DNA of 64,000 bases from an uncultured Rivularia sp. (GCA_963665115.1 OY762007.1:5056001-5120000); one strand, 5' to 3'. Positions 1 to 12,345 are shown, numbered from the stretch's first letter. Notes: generated by a model from the letters alone, not told the origin. Program-made: numbers and translations.

Positions 1-984
1 ACTATCGAATATTTCGTCAATCAATCTCAACCTGATATCCGGCGTAGCTTCGGGAAACGCTCTGGCTAAAACTAACTGCCGTAAAAGAGTCATTCCTGGT
101 TTGCAGTCATCACCATCTCTTTGACGTACCAACACCATCGGCAGTACTTTAGGGGCAATACCGCCACCCAAGCGATTTTTTAACGTTTCGTACTCGCCAG
201 AAAAAATCAATGCCAGCGGGATTGTATAAACTACATGACATTTTAGCCGACGTAGCTGTTCTCCCCTGTCAATAAACAAATATTCCGGTTGCGATCGCCC
301 GGATGGCATTGGGCGCATATCAACTCGATCTAAGTTGTCAATAATTACAACTAATCCTTTTTGCCCCCTCATCTGTAGCTGTTGGGTAGCTCTATCTAAT
401 ACCTCTTCATTGATGGCTTGCAAAATACTATTTGTACGCGGTTCTAGATATTGCCTAAGCTGAGAACGCAATTGGGGGCTATCTTTAGCTTTGGCGCTAA
501 TTTTAGCAATACCCAAGGAAAATTCTGCTTCTGCCGAAATGTCTATGGGAGTTTGTAGAAATTCCCCGATTTCTTTGAATAAATTACTAAAGTAACCAGG
601 TTTGAGCTTAATGTTAATCGCTTCTAAACTGGCGCTTACTTGACGAGCTACACTCAGCAAAATATCGCTGACATCAATATCCGCCATGTCCAAATCCTGG
701 CTGGACTCAAAATAAACTACATGAAATCCGGAATGCTCTAGTTCGGCTTTAAGACGCTGTAACTCAGTTGATTTACCGCAGCCAATATGACCTGTAAATA
801 ATTGGCAGGTTGGTTCGTCAGGAGAAATACGGACAATCGTTCGTTGCAACTCTTCTACTATTTTGCAACCCCGTACTTCGGAAAAATCTATGTAATATTT
901 TCTATCGGAATCATCGCCTATAACCAGCGTCCTGCTTGGATTACAGGCTTTAAAGAACCTTGACAAATTTAGTGTAGTTTTCAT
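1..984 (-). CDS. P-loop NTPase (cyanobacterial ATP-binding/AAA-like protein), 3' end outside window
   Basis: Manual translation from ATG at 984: MKTTLNLSRFFKACNPS...; Walker A LFTGHIGCGKSTE, Walker B LVVIIDNLD; open to the window edge (absent from ORF track). Confidence 0.85.
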   Translation of the reverse strand, partial: MKTTLNLSRFFKACNPSRTLVIGDDSDRKYYIDFSEVRGCKIVEELQRTIVRISPDEPTCQLFTGHIGCGKSTELQRLKAELEHSGFHVVYFESSQDLDMADIDVSDILLSVARQVSASLEAINIKLKPGYFSNLFKEIGEFLQTPIDISAEAEFSLGIAKISAKAKDSPQLRSQLRQYLEPRTNSILQAINEEVLDRATQQLQMRGQKGLVVIIDNLDRVDMRPMPSGRSQPEYLFIDRGEQLRRLKCHVVYTIPLALIFSGEYETLKNRLGGGIAPKVLPMVLVRQRDGDDCKPGMTLLRQLVLARAFPEATPDIRLRLIDEIFDS

Positions 985-2134
985 GTAGATGCAGTTCGTA
1001 TAAATATTAACCATTCATAAAAATCCAAGTATCAAAACACTTGAACTCCTCGCTCCCAAGTTAATTACGAGGTGTGGCCGATTAATTTTTCCCTGATGCT
1101 TGAGAGTACGTATCTGCCCTGTCATACCGATATCGGTAAGCCTTTAACAAAAATACGTGGCTTCAACTATAGCTCTTTTGTATCAAATCGCTTTATTACT
1201 CAAAAACTTTTAGTGTAAAAAGCCGCTTGATATAATTCCTCAGTTTGCACTTAAGTATTAATTGTAGCAAATCATGCATATCATTTTTCAAGAAAAACGT
1301 CAAGCTGCTTTAAGTATATATACTATTTCTTTTCCAGAAGAAATAAGATAGTGTTAATCTTCGATACAGCGATAATGTTCTCTGTCAAAAATCGGGTAAT
1401 TTTACCGAATTTGGGGATTACCCGAAATCTGGAGAAGTTACATATATGTTAGCTTTCAAGCTTTTAGAAAAAGGAAGTATTAAATTAATGGTCAAGTTAA
1501 GATATTCCAAAATGCCCTCTGACATAACCAACTATTTTGCATAAAATCCCAATCGGTATTTTACGGAAGTTGTAGCACTAATTTTTATGGGTATTCTCAA
1601 CAATCATTGGCGTGTATAATATGGGATTTAATTATCGGGTAATAACTTACCTACGAACAAAACTAATCGTGTATATTTTGCTATGTTTTACTATTAATGT
1701 TTTGGATAATACACCTGTAATAAAGGCGATCGCATTCTCATATTATTTGTAGCCCTTTGACTTGAAAATAAAGGTCACTTTAGAGTAAAAAGGCTACATT
1801 AAACCAAAAATGCCAGATTTTATCGGTTATATAAGTCCATAGCTCATAAGTACTATTTTAGTGGGTGACATTTTTCCCGTAAGCGAATATTTTTGAAAAC
1901 ACGAAGTGTGAAAATACAAGTTCTTCTACTTATCGGATTTTAGATTTTAAAGAATACAGCACTGTTAATCGAAAACAAACGTATCCGTTGTTGAAATTGA
2001 GAATCCGGTGCGAGAAAGCTTGATGGGAAAACATCTCCCACTCAAAAGGCAGCAAAATCTAAAATCGAATTGACTTATACAAATTTATTCATCTTCATTC
2101 AATAGCTTGAACCAAAACGTGCGAAGAGGTTTAA

Positions 2135-2974
2135 ATGCCGGAGATATTATCAGTTTCCTCTACAGATTTGGAAGTACGTCGCGAAAAACTACGCCGTCAT
2201 CGGAAAATACAAATTATTGGTGCAATTTGGCGTACCTTTGCAATCACAGGTTTAGCTGGTGGTTTGCTGTGGTTTTTGATTCAACCAGTATGGGTACTCA
2301 AAAGCAAGGAAGATATTACTGTTTCCGGAAATCAGTTGCTTTCGGATGAAGCGATACAGTCAAAAATGCAATTGTCTTACCCCCAATCTTTATGGCGGGT
2401 TGAGCCTAGTCATCTGAGTACATCTCTAAAGCAGCAACCAGCTATAACTCAAGCATCTGTAACTCGTCGTTTGTTTCCACCGGGGTTAAGAGTTAAGGTA
2501 TCTGAAATAGTGCCAGTGGCTATTACTCAAACTGCAATTAAAAGCAATGGTGATTCTATAAATCAAAAAACAGTAAGTGGATTATTAGATATCAATGGTG
2601 TTTGGGTTTCCTTGGAAAACTATAAATCAATCGAAGCCGATCGATTGCCCAGCCTAGAATTCGTTGGCGAGCCTGCATCTTGTCGCGGAGTATGGAAACA
2701 GCTTTACCAAGCAATTGGCGCAAGTTCTGTAGAAGTAATGCAAGTTGATTGCCAAGACCCTAATAATATAATTTTAAAAACAGAACTAGGTTTAGTACAT
2801 ATCGGAATTCCGACATCTAAACTACCTGAAAAAATTAAATTGTTAGCAAAAATCCGTCGTTTGCCAGCACGAATTAATCTGAATCAAATTGAGTTTATAG
2901 ATTTAACAAATCCCGAGACAATATTAGTACAGATGAACCATGAAACAGTGCGAATAGATTCTAAAAATCCCTAA
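2135..2974 (+). CDS. ftsQ: Cell division protein FtsQ/DivIB
   Basis: N-terminal TM helix, POTRA-like region (ITVSGNQLLSDEAI...RRLFPPGLRVKVSE), C-terminal FIDLTNP; directly upstream of ftsZ. Confidence 0.9.
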   Translation: MPEILSVSSTDLEVRREKLRRHRKIQIIGAIWRTFAITGLAGGLLWFLIQPVWVLKSKEDITVSGNQLLSDEAIQSKMQLSYPQSLWRVEPSHLSTSLKQQPAITQASVTRRLFPPGLRVKVSEIVPVAITQTAIKSNGDSINQKTVSGLLDINGVWVSLENYKSIEADRLPSLEFVGEPASCRGVWKQLYQAIGASSVEVMQVDCQDPNNIILKTELGLVHIGIPTSKLPEKIKLLAKIRRLPARINLNQIEFIDLTNPETILVQMNHETVRIDSKNP

Positions 2975-3869
2975 AAATATTGAGTAAAAGCAAATGTATA
3001 AAACACTCCTAGTTTATCAATAAGATTTATGCTGATAAATATATATTAACTATTGTTGTTTTTGGAGAAACCAAAACCATAATAAATATTCTAGGTTGGT
3101 CTTATTCTTTCGAGAAATAATCAAAAACCTACCATTAGGGAGTGTAACCTCCTGCTTGTTATAGTTACGCTCGGCATGAGAAGGTGCCTGCTGGTAAGAA
3201 AATCTATGGCGATCGCGTTAACGGGGCTTCGAGGTAGCAATATGGAAGGTCTGTCACAACTTGTGGAACCGAACGTCAACGTAAGTAAGACGGCTCTGTC
3301 ATCAGTCATACAAGGAGAAAGTAAAGTTAAGAGTTCAAAATTTATTTTACACGAAGATAATTTAGGTACTCATGACTTACAGTATCTGTTGATAAGCAGA
3401 TTTTAACGCCATCACTTATACGTTTGTATCAGTGTTCTACTTGTTTAATTGTTTTCAATATTTATAGAATTAAACCAGTATTTATGGCTATAAGTAAAAA
3501 AAAACAAACACTATTAGTTGTAAAATTGATGACCAATATCCATAAAAACAACAAGGAGGGGTTACGAACCATACATGAAGACAGTTACAAGCCAAAATAG
3601 CCGTCGTTAGTATAACCGATACAGTTCTTTCTTCAAGTAAATATTAAGTATACTTCTGCTTAACTAGTTGTTCATCATGAGATGTTAACAGCTACTAATT
3701 TTAAAAAAAACTGTTCGCGTTCTTAATCCTGCACCTAGTTGGAGAAGATTAGAACACCGTCATAACATTCTTGCTACTAAATTCAACAAGAATGTTTATA
3801 AGCAAGTTGACGCGAGCGGGTAGATCGCACCCCCCCCAAAAGTCGTTTATCTGAATGCACGTAAATCCA

Positions 3870-5181
3870 ATGACACTTGATAATAACCAAGGGCTTACCT
3901 ATAAAAACTCGCAGTCTCCCGGACAGCAAGGAATCTCGCTAGCAGGAATTAGTACCAATAACCCTTTTGGTCATTCTGGGCTTAGTTTGGGGCAAAACGG
4001 CGATAATAACCATTCTCCCGAAGAAAACCCTGTTGGGGATATTATTCCCGGCAGAGTTGCCAATATTAAAGTAATTGGTGTGGGCGGCGGTGGTGGAAAT
4101 GCCGTCAACCGCATGATTGCTTCAGATTTGAGTGGAGTAGAATTTTGGTCGATTAACACCGATGCTCAAGCTTTGACGATGGCTGCGGCTCCTTGTCGCC
4201 TGCAAATTGGACAAAAGCTAACGAGAGGTTTAGGAGCAGGTGGTAATCCTGCCATTGGCCAAAAAGCAGCAGAAGAATCCAGAGATGAAATTGCTACGGC
4301 TTTAGAAGGAGCCGATTTAGTATTTATAACTGCTGGAATGGGAGGCGGTACCGGCACGGGTGCAGCATCGGTTGTAGCTGAAGTCGCCAAGGAAATGGGA
4401 GCCTTAACAGTTGGTGTAGTTACCCGTCCGTTCGTATTTGAAGGGTCGTCGTCGCACCACTCAAGCAGAGCAAGGTGTTGAAGCTTTGAAAAGTCGGGTA
4501 GATACTTTAATCATCATTCCCAACAACAAACTATTGGAAGTGATCCCCGAGCAAACACCAGTCCAAGAAGCTTTCCGTTATGCAGACGATGTATTGCGTC
4601 AAGGTGTACAAGGAATATCCGATATCATCACAATTCCTGGTTTGGTAAACGTTGACTTTGCCGACGTGCGAGCCGTAATGGCAGATGCAGGTTCTGCTTT
4701 GATGGGAATCGGTATTGGCTCTGGCAAATCACGTTCTCGGGAAGCGGCGATCGCCGCAATTTCTTCGCCTTTGTTGGAATGTTCTATTGAAGGCGCAAGG
4801 GGTGTTGTGTTTAACATCACTGGTGGAAGCGATTTGACTTTACATGAAGTGAACGCTGCCGCCGAAGCAATTTATGAAGTAGTAGATCCCAACGCCAATA
4901 TTATTTTTGGGGCAGTGATTGATGACAGACTCGAAGGAGAAGTCAGAATTACGGTAATTGCTACCGGGTTTACAGGTGAAATCCAAGAAAGGCAACAGCA
5001 AACTGCTACCCCTAACAACAGAGTAGCCCCACCTCCAGTATCCGGGCAGCGGCGACAGATGCCACAACCATCGTCTACCTCAGGTGCCAACTCTCAAAAA
5101 CAACCCCAATCCGAACCAAAACAGAAACCCGGATTAGAGATTCCTCCATTTCTTCAGAAACGCCGAAATCCTAATAACTGA
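3870..5181 (+). CDS. ftsZ: Cell division protein FtsZ (extra G in GGG at 4443-4445; probable sequencing error)
   Basis: [32 protein letters not shown] and C-terminal EIPPFL; ORFs 3855..4481 and 4438..5181 join as FEGRRRT if one G is removed. Confidence 0.97.
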
Positions 5182-5462
5182 ATAGTCAAGGTATCGGAAG
5201 GGGGCGCAGAGTCTTATAAAAATTCATTGCCTCCCATATTCCAAATACGCCTGTTCGGCTTCTTCGTCAAAAATTTAGTTCGATCGGAAAGACCTTAATC
5301 GCTACATTCGTAGGCGGTTAGTTCTATTATGCCTAAATTTTTCAGAAGTATTTTTAAGGTTTTGTTTAAGTTCTTTTCCTCGTTACTCAATTTCAAATTG
5401 TTTTACAAAAGCTGATTTTTTGCAGGGTGTAATACCTATAGCTCAAACCTAATAATATTGAT

Positions 5463-6443
5463 TTAATTACTAGATCGTTTTTTAATTGCTTCTTCTACCC
5501 ACTCGATAAACTTTTTACCCAAGTTTGTATTGCTAAACCGATCGATTTCGCGAATGCCAGTAGGGCTAGTAACGTTAACTTCAGTAAGATAGCCACCAAT
5601 TACATCAATTCCTACAAAAATTAAACCGGACTTTTGTAGAGTGAGGGCTAGCTGATTACAAATTTCCCGTTCTCTGGAAGTAATTTCAGTTCGAGCAACC
5701 GTACCTCCGGCTGCCATATTATTGCGGAATTCTCCAGGTGCAGAAAGACGGTTAAGTGCCCCTACTGGTTCGCCATCAAGCAGAATAATTCGTTTATCTC
5801 CCTGCTTGGCTTCTGGTAAAAAGGTTTGTAGCATCACTGGTACTTTTCCCCGTAAAGTACTAAGTTCTACTATCGAATTAAAATTGCGATCGCCCTTGTC
5901 TAAAAATAAAATTCCTTCCCCTGCTTTGTTTCCCAATGGTTTAAGAACAGCAGCGCCTTTTTCTTCAACAAACTTGCGAATCAAATTTTTATCGGCACTG
6001 ACAATTGTTTCTGGAATTGCCTCGGTAAACTGGAGAGCATACATTTTTTCGTTAGCATCTCGGATACCTTTAGGGCTGTTAACAACCAAAGTTTTGTTTT
6101 GGTCGATATAGTCCAAAATATAAGTAGCGTAAAGATAAATATCATTTACTGGTGGATCTGTCCGCATAAACACGGCATCCATAGTTTCCAGGCAAATATT
6201 AGTTATGTCGCTTAACTTGTACCAGACATTTGCAGCTTTGTAGCCGGTATCAGTCAACTTAACCGGAATAATTTCGACTCGTTGAAGATGCGCCCAAGCG
6301 GTACTATCTATGACACTCAAGCCAGACGTTTGAGTTATCCAGACTTCATGTCCCAAAATAAAAGCTGCTTCCATCATGGCAACGCTAGTATCATGAGTGG
6401 GGTCTAAATTCTGGATCGGATCAATAATAAAAGCCAGTTTCAC
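5463..6443 (-). CDS. gshB: Glutathione synthetase
   Basis: MKLAFIIDPI, FMRTDPP, NEKMY, GDKRII, FRNNMAAGG, LTEVNVTSPTG. Confidence 0.97.
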   Translation of the reverse strand: MKLAFIIDPIQNLDPTHDTSVAMMEAAFILGHEVWITQTSGLSVIDSTAWAHLQRVEIIPVKLTDTGYKAANVWYKLSDITNICLETMDAVFMRTDPPVNDIYLYATYILDYIDQNKTLVVNSPKGIRDANEKMYALQFTEAIPETIVSADKNLIRKFVEEKGAAVLKPLGNKAGEGILFLDKGDRNFNSIVELSTLRGKVPVMLQTFLPEAKQGDKRIILLDGEPVGALNRLSAPGEFRNNMAAGGTVARTEITSREREICNQLALTLQKSGLIFVGIDVIGGYLTEVNVTSPTGIREIDRFSNTNLGKKFIEWVEEAIKKRSSN

Positions 6444-6757
6444 GCGATTGCCTCGACTTACCCTTCAAAAAATTGCTGTGATTCATCTAGAATTATCCCT
6501 TTTTTATGTAATACCGTTTCATTTTGAGATTGATATAGCCCTACGGGGGATGGGGAGATTCTTAAAGTAGCGAGTAGCGAGTAAAGAGTAATAAGTAGGG
6601 AATGGATGGTTCAAGAAGCGACAATAAGAACGAATTGGTAGTTTACTCACTACTTGCTACTCATTACTCCCTGCATCAGAAAACCCACCCTTCCTAAGTG
6701 GGGTGGGATTGAGTATCAAGCAATTTTAAAACTATCAGCCATGTTTTCTTTCAACGC

Positions 6758-7016
6758 TCAAGCTAATAGCTCGTCCAATTTTCCTTGAGACTCTAAACCG
6801 TAAATATCATCGCAACCACCGAAATGCGTATCATTGATGAAAATTTGCGGTACGGAAACGTCGTCCATCTCCCCTATGAGCCATGTTTTGCCGTGCTTGT
6901 TCATCTCCATCAATAGCGTATTCGGTAAATTCAACCCCCTTTTTCTTTAGTAAACCTTTAGCACGTATACAAAACGGGCAAGAACTCCAAGTGTAAATCT
7001 CTACTTTGGCAGCCAT
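6758..7016 (-). CDS. grxC: Glutaredoxin 3 (extra base in A-run at 6856-6858; probable error)
   Basis: CPFC active site; removing one base gives RRSVPQIFINDTHFGGCDD...LDELLA* ending at 6758; adjacent to gshB. Confidence 0.9.
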
Positions 7017-7771
7017 AACGTCCTCATGTTGACTTAGCAATTCTCAATTCTAGAACGTTATATTTAACTGTGAATGTTCAATAAGTATTTCAAGACATTT
7101 TTGATACAAAAATATTTTGCTTTATTATTATTGCAGTAAAAAATATAACTCTCTACTATTTGTAATAGAGTGTTAAATAAGACTTAAATTATTTTTAATA
7201 TACAGGGTAAGTGCGAATGAGTCTGCTATCAGGAGTTATAGAAGACTCATTCAAAGGCACAAACCACAGTGATTATGTTGGCTGTAATCCAGGTGCGTAA
7301 CAATTTAATAATATTTCAGTTTAATTACGGTGTACATCAGTATTAACACTGATATATTCATAAATACCAAAAAAAGTACTTAGTGTTTTCCGAAGTATAA
7401 AGCGAAGAGCTAGCAATTAGAAATGTAGTGGGAGCGTCTCGCTCCCCGATCGTAACGAGCGAGCTAGAAGCTTGTCGACACGCTTCGCTAACGCACCACG
7501 CAAACCCGTAAGAACTAATAGGACAGACCACTACTCGTGGTGTGTTTGATTAATTCTGATAAGTAATTACTTCCGTTCCGCTTATCAGATTTCCTATAAA
7601 ATTTCTCCCCCCCTCTTCCCTCTCACTCAATTAGTTAATCTTCCACTGGGAAAAAACTAAAGTTCTTACTACGAAACTTTTTCTGGTTATGGCATAAATC
7701 AAACATTAAATTACTCCTGAAGGAAATTTCCCCAGGAGTGTAAGTTTACTTAAGTTTTAACTTCTCAGTAC

Positions 7772-9520
7772 TTATCCAGATATAGCGGCGTATTGAATTA
7801 GCTGTCCCAAACGTTCTCTTAAATTTTCTAAGCCAAGACGCTCGTGGGCAGAAATAAATACTGCCATTGGATATTCTTCTCTGGCTAAAGCTAGGGTTTC
7901 GCTATTTGCTTTGTCGATTTTGTTGAAAACTACTAGCCCTGGACCAGGTGTTACGGGCATTTGAGCTAATATATCCCTGACAGAACGAATATGACTCTGC
8001 CAAGCAGGATGAGATAAATCGACTAAATGCACTAAACCATCTGCTTCGGTTACTTCTTCCAAAGTGGCGCGGAAAGCATCCATTAACGCTTCGGGTAATT
8101 CGTGTATAAATCCAACTGTATCTGTAACTAGAATTTCTTGGGTTTCTTGAGTTACAGCATGGGGAACTACCAAACGGCGCGTTGTGGGATCGAGGGTTGC
8201 AAACAACTGATCGGCTGTGTAAACAGAGGCATTAGTTAAAGCGTTGAGCAAAGTAGATTTACCGGCATTAGTATAGCCAACAATTGCGATAGTAGCTACT
8301 TCTTGCTGTTGCCTTCTTTGTCTTAACCTTTCTCGATGCGCTTGTAACTGATTTACTTCTTTCTGCAAGCGAGTTATGCGACTAGAAATAGCACGGCGTT
8401 CAGTTTCCAGTTTGGTTTCACCGGGACCTCTTGTACCGATACCACCTCCAAGTCGGGACATTGCCTGACCTCTACCAGTTAGTCGCGGTAACATATACTC
8501 TAACTGCGCCAATTCTACTTGCAGCTTACCAGCACCCGAACGAGCGCGTTGAGCAAAGATATCTAGAATTACTTGAGTACGATCGACTACCCGAACCCCT
8601 ATCTGAGCTTCTAAGTTGCGGACTTGCCCTGGTGATAAATCGCGATCTAAAACTACAAGATTCGCTCCCAAAGTTTGAACGGTTAAAGCAATTTCCTGCA
8701 CCTTACCTTCACCAACCACTGTTTGGGGATGAATTCGCGATCGCTTTTGTCGCATCATCTGTAAAACCACTCCCCCAGCAGTATCTACCAACCGCCCCAA
8801 TTCAGTTAAAGTATCCTGGAATCGTTGAGGTGACTCCTTCTGAGTTATAACCCCGACGATCACAACTCGATCGCGATCGTTATCGACTTCCCTACCAATA
8901 AATTCTCGCTGGAATTCTTCTTCAAGCCCTTCTACCAAATCCAGAAAGTCTTGTTTGCTCAATACATCAAGACTCATCGCTGGCGAAACACTCCAACTTG
9001 GAGAAGAATAATCGCCCTCTTCAAGCTGAGAATTTTGACTCGCAATTAGGGTGCGAGCATCTTGTGGTGCTAAGTGTGCCAAATAAGCTTCCTTAACATA
9101 CCCAGTACCACCACCACCCCGACGTTGAAATCCGCTTCCTGTGATATTAAGTACAATTAAAGCATCTAATCTTTGCAGTGCCATAGCAGTCAAAGCACCA
9201 TCAGAAGGATATTCTGGCTTTAGCTGAGTAGCAATACAACGAATACCGCTAAGTCGTTCCGCACCGTAACGCGGCAGTTCCGTCAGCGGAATTTGGGTAG
9301 AGCGCGGAGTGCCTACCCCAACCCGAATTACTTGTCCTCGGCGGTTGAGATAGGCACACACTGGCTGATTTATTTCAGTACTAATTGCCGCCAGTCGCTG
9401 AGCGAATTCGGGAGTCGTAAAACTATCGCCCGGTATGCGCTGGTGATACAGTCGCTGCAATTGCTTTTGCTGACTGTGTTTCAGACCTTGGAGATTACCG
9501 CATATAGTTTCTATAGGCAT
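7772..9520 (-). CDS. hflX: Ribosome-splitting GTPase HflX (long cyanobacterial form)
   Basis: GGGIGTRGPGETKLE, GYTNAGKST, LFATLDPT, DTVGF, NKID. Confidence 0.96.
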   Translation of the reverse strand: MPIETICGNLQGLKHSQQKQLQRLYHQRIPGDSFTTPEFAQRLAAISTEINQPVCAYLNRRGQVIRVGVGTPRSTQIPLTELPRYGAERLSGIRCIATQLKPEYPSDGALTAMALQRLDALIVLNITGSGFQRRGGGGTGYVKEAYLAHLAPQDARTLIASQNSQLEEGDYSSPSWSVSPAMSLDVLSKQDFLDLVEGLEEEFQREFIGREVDNDRDRVVIVGVITQKESPQRFQDTLTELGRLVDTAGGVVLQMMRQKRSRIHPQTVVGEGKVQEIALTVQTLGANLVVLDRDLSPGQVRNLEAQIGVRVVDRTQVILDIFAQRARSGAGKLQVELAQLEYMLPRLTGRGQAMSRLGGGIGTRGPGETKLETERRAISSRITRLQKEVNQLQAHRERLRQRRQQQEVATIAIVGYTNAGKSTLLNALTNASVYTADQLFATLDPTTRRLVVPHAVTQETQEILVTDTVGFIHELPEALMDAFRATLEEVTEADGLVHLVDLSHPAWQSHIRSVRDILAQMPVTPGPGLVVFNKIDKANSETLALAREEYPMAVFISAHERLGLENLRERLGQLIQYAAISG

Positions 9521-9826
9521 CTAGACCAGTAAACTAGTCCCCCATATACATCTATGTCTATTTTACAACAGCGTTTTTCAGCTAAACTCTTTCTTTTGAT
9601 AGATGCAGTAGGGAGTAGGGAGTAGGAAGTAGTGAGTAGGGAGTAGGAAGTAGTGAGTTAAATGCTTCTTTTGGATTATTGTCACGGGCTGCTTGACTAT
9701 TTATTATTTCTTACTCTTTACTCGCTACTCTTTACTTACTACTTTAAAAATCTCCCCACCTCCCTGGGCTATACTTACCGAGGTGAAAATTATTCTTTTG
9801 ATACAAATATTTGTGTTTCCCTAGAA

Positions 9827-12298
9827 ATGAAAATTCTGCTTATAAATGATGATGAGCAATTCACTAACCAGTTAAAAGCGAATTTAAAACAACATCGATA
9901 CGTTGTTGATACGGCGCTAGATGGCCAAGAAGGTTGGGAATTTGTTGAGGCACAAGAATACGATTTGATTGTATTGGATGTAATGTTGCCGAAGCTGGAT
10001 GGGATTACTTTTTGCAGTCGTTTGCGTGCGAAAGGTTTGCAGGTTCTAGTGATGTTTTTAACTTCAAGATCTGCCAGTGAAGATAAAATTAAAGGCTTGG
10101 ATGCTGGTGCTGATGACTATGTAGTTGAGACAGTACCTTTACCGGAATTGACTGCTAGAATTCGAGCTTTATTGCGACGAAAAGCTACAACTGTATCGAC
10201 CATTTTGGAGTGGGGAAACCTTTCTTTAGAAGCGAAAACTGGAGAGGTGAGATACGGTGATATTCTTTTAAATCTGACTAAGAAAGAATATTCTCTGTTA
10301 GAGTTATTCATGCAAGATCCGCAGAAGATATACAGCCAAAACAGTATTTTAAATCAATTATGGACTTTTGAAGACGAACCCCCAACTCGTGATGCGATCC
10401 GAACGCTAGTTAAAAGATTACGACAGAAATTAAAAGCTGCTAAAGCGCCCGATTTAGTTGAAACGGTTTTTGGGTTGGGCTATCGTTTAAATCCTGAATT
10501 TGAAAAAGCATCTTCAACAGATAGTAATTCTAAGTTGAGTAAGAAACTGGTATCTGCTGTTTCTTCGGTTTCCAATAATAACTCTGGCGCTACAAGTGAA
10601 ACAGTAGTTACTCAAAACAAGCAAAGTTCAATTGAATCCCATAAACTACAACCTCGCCTGCTGATTGTAGATGAAGATAAAGAATTTATCGACCCTTTAG
10701 TAGAACTTGCAACAATACGGGGATTCCAAACGGCGATCGCACCCAACCCAAAACTCGCTAGAGAATCGTTACAAAGGGTTCGTCCAGATATTATTTTGCT
10801 GGATATATCTATTGATAAGAAGAATGATGAATTTATTTTTCTGGAGGAAATATCAAAGCAGGAAGCATCTATTCCCGTACTTGTGTTTACTTCTCAAGAA
10901 TTATCAACGGATAGAGTTGCACTTGCTCGTCGTAAAAGTCAAGGATTTTTTCATAAACCTCTAACCTCAAATCGAGTTCTTGAAGTAATTACTCAAACCT
11001 TAAAACCTGGGAAGAAAACCGAACCTAAAGTAATGGTGGTTGATGACGATCGCATGACTCTACGTCTGGTGCGAACATTACTTGAACCTTGGGGAATCAA
11101 AGTTAATGTCCTTAACGATTCGCTGAAATTTTGGGATGAACTTCAATCTGTGAAACCAGATTTACTCATATTAGATGTACAAATGCCGAATGTTGATGGT
11201 ATTGAACTATGTCAACTACTGCGTAACGATTCCCGCTGGGCTTGGCTACCAATCGTATTTCTCACCGGGCAGCGAGATACTGAAACCATTCAACAGGTAT
11301 TTTCCGCAGGTGCTGATGATTTTATTAATAAACCAGTTATTGCTCCCGAATTAATCACCCGTATTTTCAACCGTTTGGAACGTACTAGTTTGTTACGAAA
11401 GCAAGCAGAAATCAATCCCTTGACTGGTTTACCAAATCGTCAGCGTGCTACCCAAGATTTAGAAAGATTATTACATTTAGCAAACCAATATCAACAGTGT
11501 TTTTGTTTAGCAATAATCAAAATAGATGATTTATACAAAATTAACCATAACTACGGACATGGGTTTGGCGATAAAATGTTACGCCGTTTAGCTTCTTTAT
11601 TACAAAAAGAATTACGAACTGAAGATATTGTGTCTTCTTGGAATGGTGGAGAGTTTTTAGTCGGGATGTACGGTATCTCTCGTGGTTATGGAGTCGAATG
11701 GTTAGCAGAAGTATTGGAAGCACTGCGATCGACAAAATTTGAAGTAGCCGAAAAACCCGTTCGCATTACTTTCAGTGCCGGGGTTACTCAATACCCCGAA
11801 GATGGAAGCGATGTAAAAACACTTTACCAAAGCGCTGCTTCAACAATAGAACTAGCAAAAGATAGGGGCGGAAATTGCATTGTACATTCTAATTGGAAAC
11901 GCCTTCCATCCGATAGATTACCCCTCCATAAAGATGTAATTTTTCTACACCAAGATTCAGCCTTCGCAAAGTCAATTATGGAAGCTTTATTAACTAGAAG
12001 TTATCACGTTCACTGGCTCAAAGATGGAAATGCAGCATTAGAAGCATTGGCAAAAAAAAGCCCTTCCTTACATAGTGAAGTAATTTTGCTTGAAGAAAAT
12101 TTACCCGGTTTAAATGGGTTAGAAATTCTGAAACACTTTAAAAAAGATAAAATTATTCAACGCTCTAAAATTGTGTGGTTATCTACAGATACAAGTGAGA
12201 TTGAAAAAGCCTTGCAGTGGGGATGTTTTGATTATATTAATGTTCCTTGTAATATTTCAGCATTTATGTATCGTCTGCGTCATTTTGTAGAAGGATGA
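9827..12298 (+). CDS. Multi-domain response regulator: REC - OmpR-type wHTH - REC - REC - degenerate GGDEF - REC
   Basis: MKILLINDD/LIVLDVMLP; LNLTKKEYSLLELF...VFGLGYRL; two further REC domains; PLTGLPNR...SWNGGEF; likely start ATG 9827 because the upstream extension runs through heptamer repeats. Confidence 0.88.
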   Translation: MKILLINDDEQFTNQLKANLKQHRYVVDTALDGQEGWEFVEAQEYDLIVLDVMLPKLDGITFCSRLRAKGLQVLVMFLTSRSASEDKIKGLDAGADDYVVETVPLPELTARIRALLRRKATTVSTILEWGNLSLEAKTGEVRYGDILLNLTKKEYSLLELFMQDPQKIYSQNSILNQLWTFEDEPPTRDAIRTLVKRLRQKLKAAKAPDLVETVFGLGYRLNPEFEKASSTDSNSKLSKKLVSAVSSVSNNNSGATSETVVTQNKQSSIESHKLQPRLLIVDEDKEFIDPLVELATIRGFQTAIAPNPKLARESLQRVRPDIILLDISIDKKNDEFIFLEEISKQEASIPVLVFTSQELSTDRVALARRKSQGFFHKPLTSNRVLEVITQTLKPGKKTEPKVMVVDDDRMTLRLVRTLLEPWGIKVNVLNDSLKFWDELQSVKPDLLILDVQMPNVDGIELCQLLRNDSRWAWLPIVFLTGQRDTETIQQVFSAGADDFINKPVIAPELITRIFNRLERTSLLRKQAEINPLTGLPNRQRATQDLERLLHLANQYQQCFCLAIIKIDDLYKINHNYGHGFGDKMLRRLASLLQKELRTEDIVSSWNGGEFLVGMYGISRGYGVEWLAEVLEALRSTKFEVAEKPVRITFSAGVTQYPEDGSDVKTLYQSAASTIELAKDRGGNCIVHSNWKRLPSDRLPLHKDVIFLHQDSAFAKSIMEALLTRSYHVHWLKDGNAALEALAKKSPSLHSEVILLEENLPGLNGLEILKHFKKDKIIQRSKIVWLSTDTSEIEKALQWGCFDYINVPCNISAFMYRLRHFVEG

Positions 12299-12345
12299 GA
12301 CGATTTTGGATTTTGGATTTGATAATATTTTTTAATCACAACTGT

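Noticed and set aside
985..2134. Hidden gene or RNA in the long AT-rich spacers (also 49386-50418)
   Set aside because: No credible ORF, tRNA or recognisable structured RNA by eye; consistent with promoter regions
3855..5181. Split or pseudogenised ftsZ, or programmed frameshift
   Set aside because: Essential gene, single extra G, no slippery heptamer, and the same error type recurs across the window
9662..9826. N-terminal extensions in the ORF track (9662, 14691, 48164, 63912 starts)
   Set aside because: They mostly run through repeat arrays or lack domain content; recognisable domains begin at downstream ATGs (9827, 14853, 48059, 63831)
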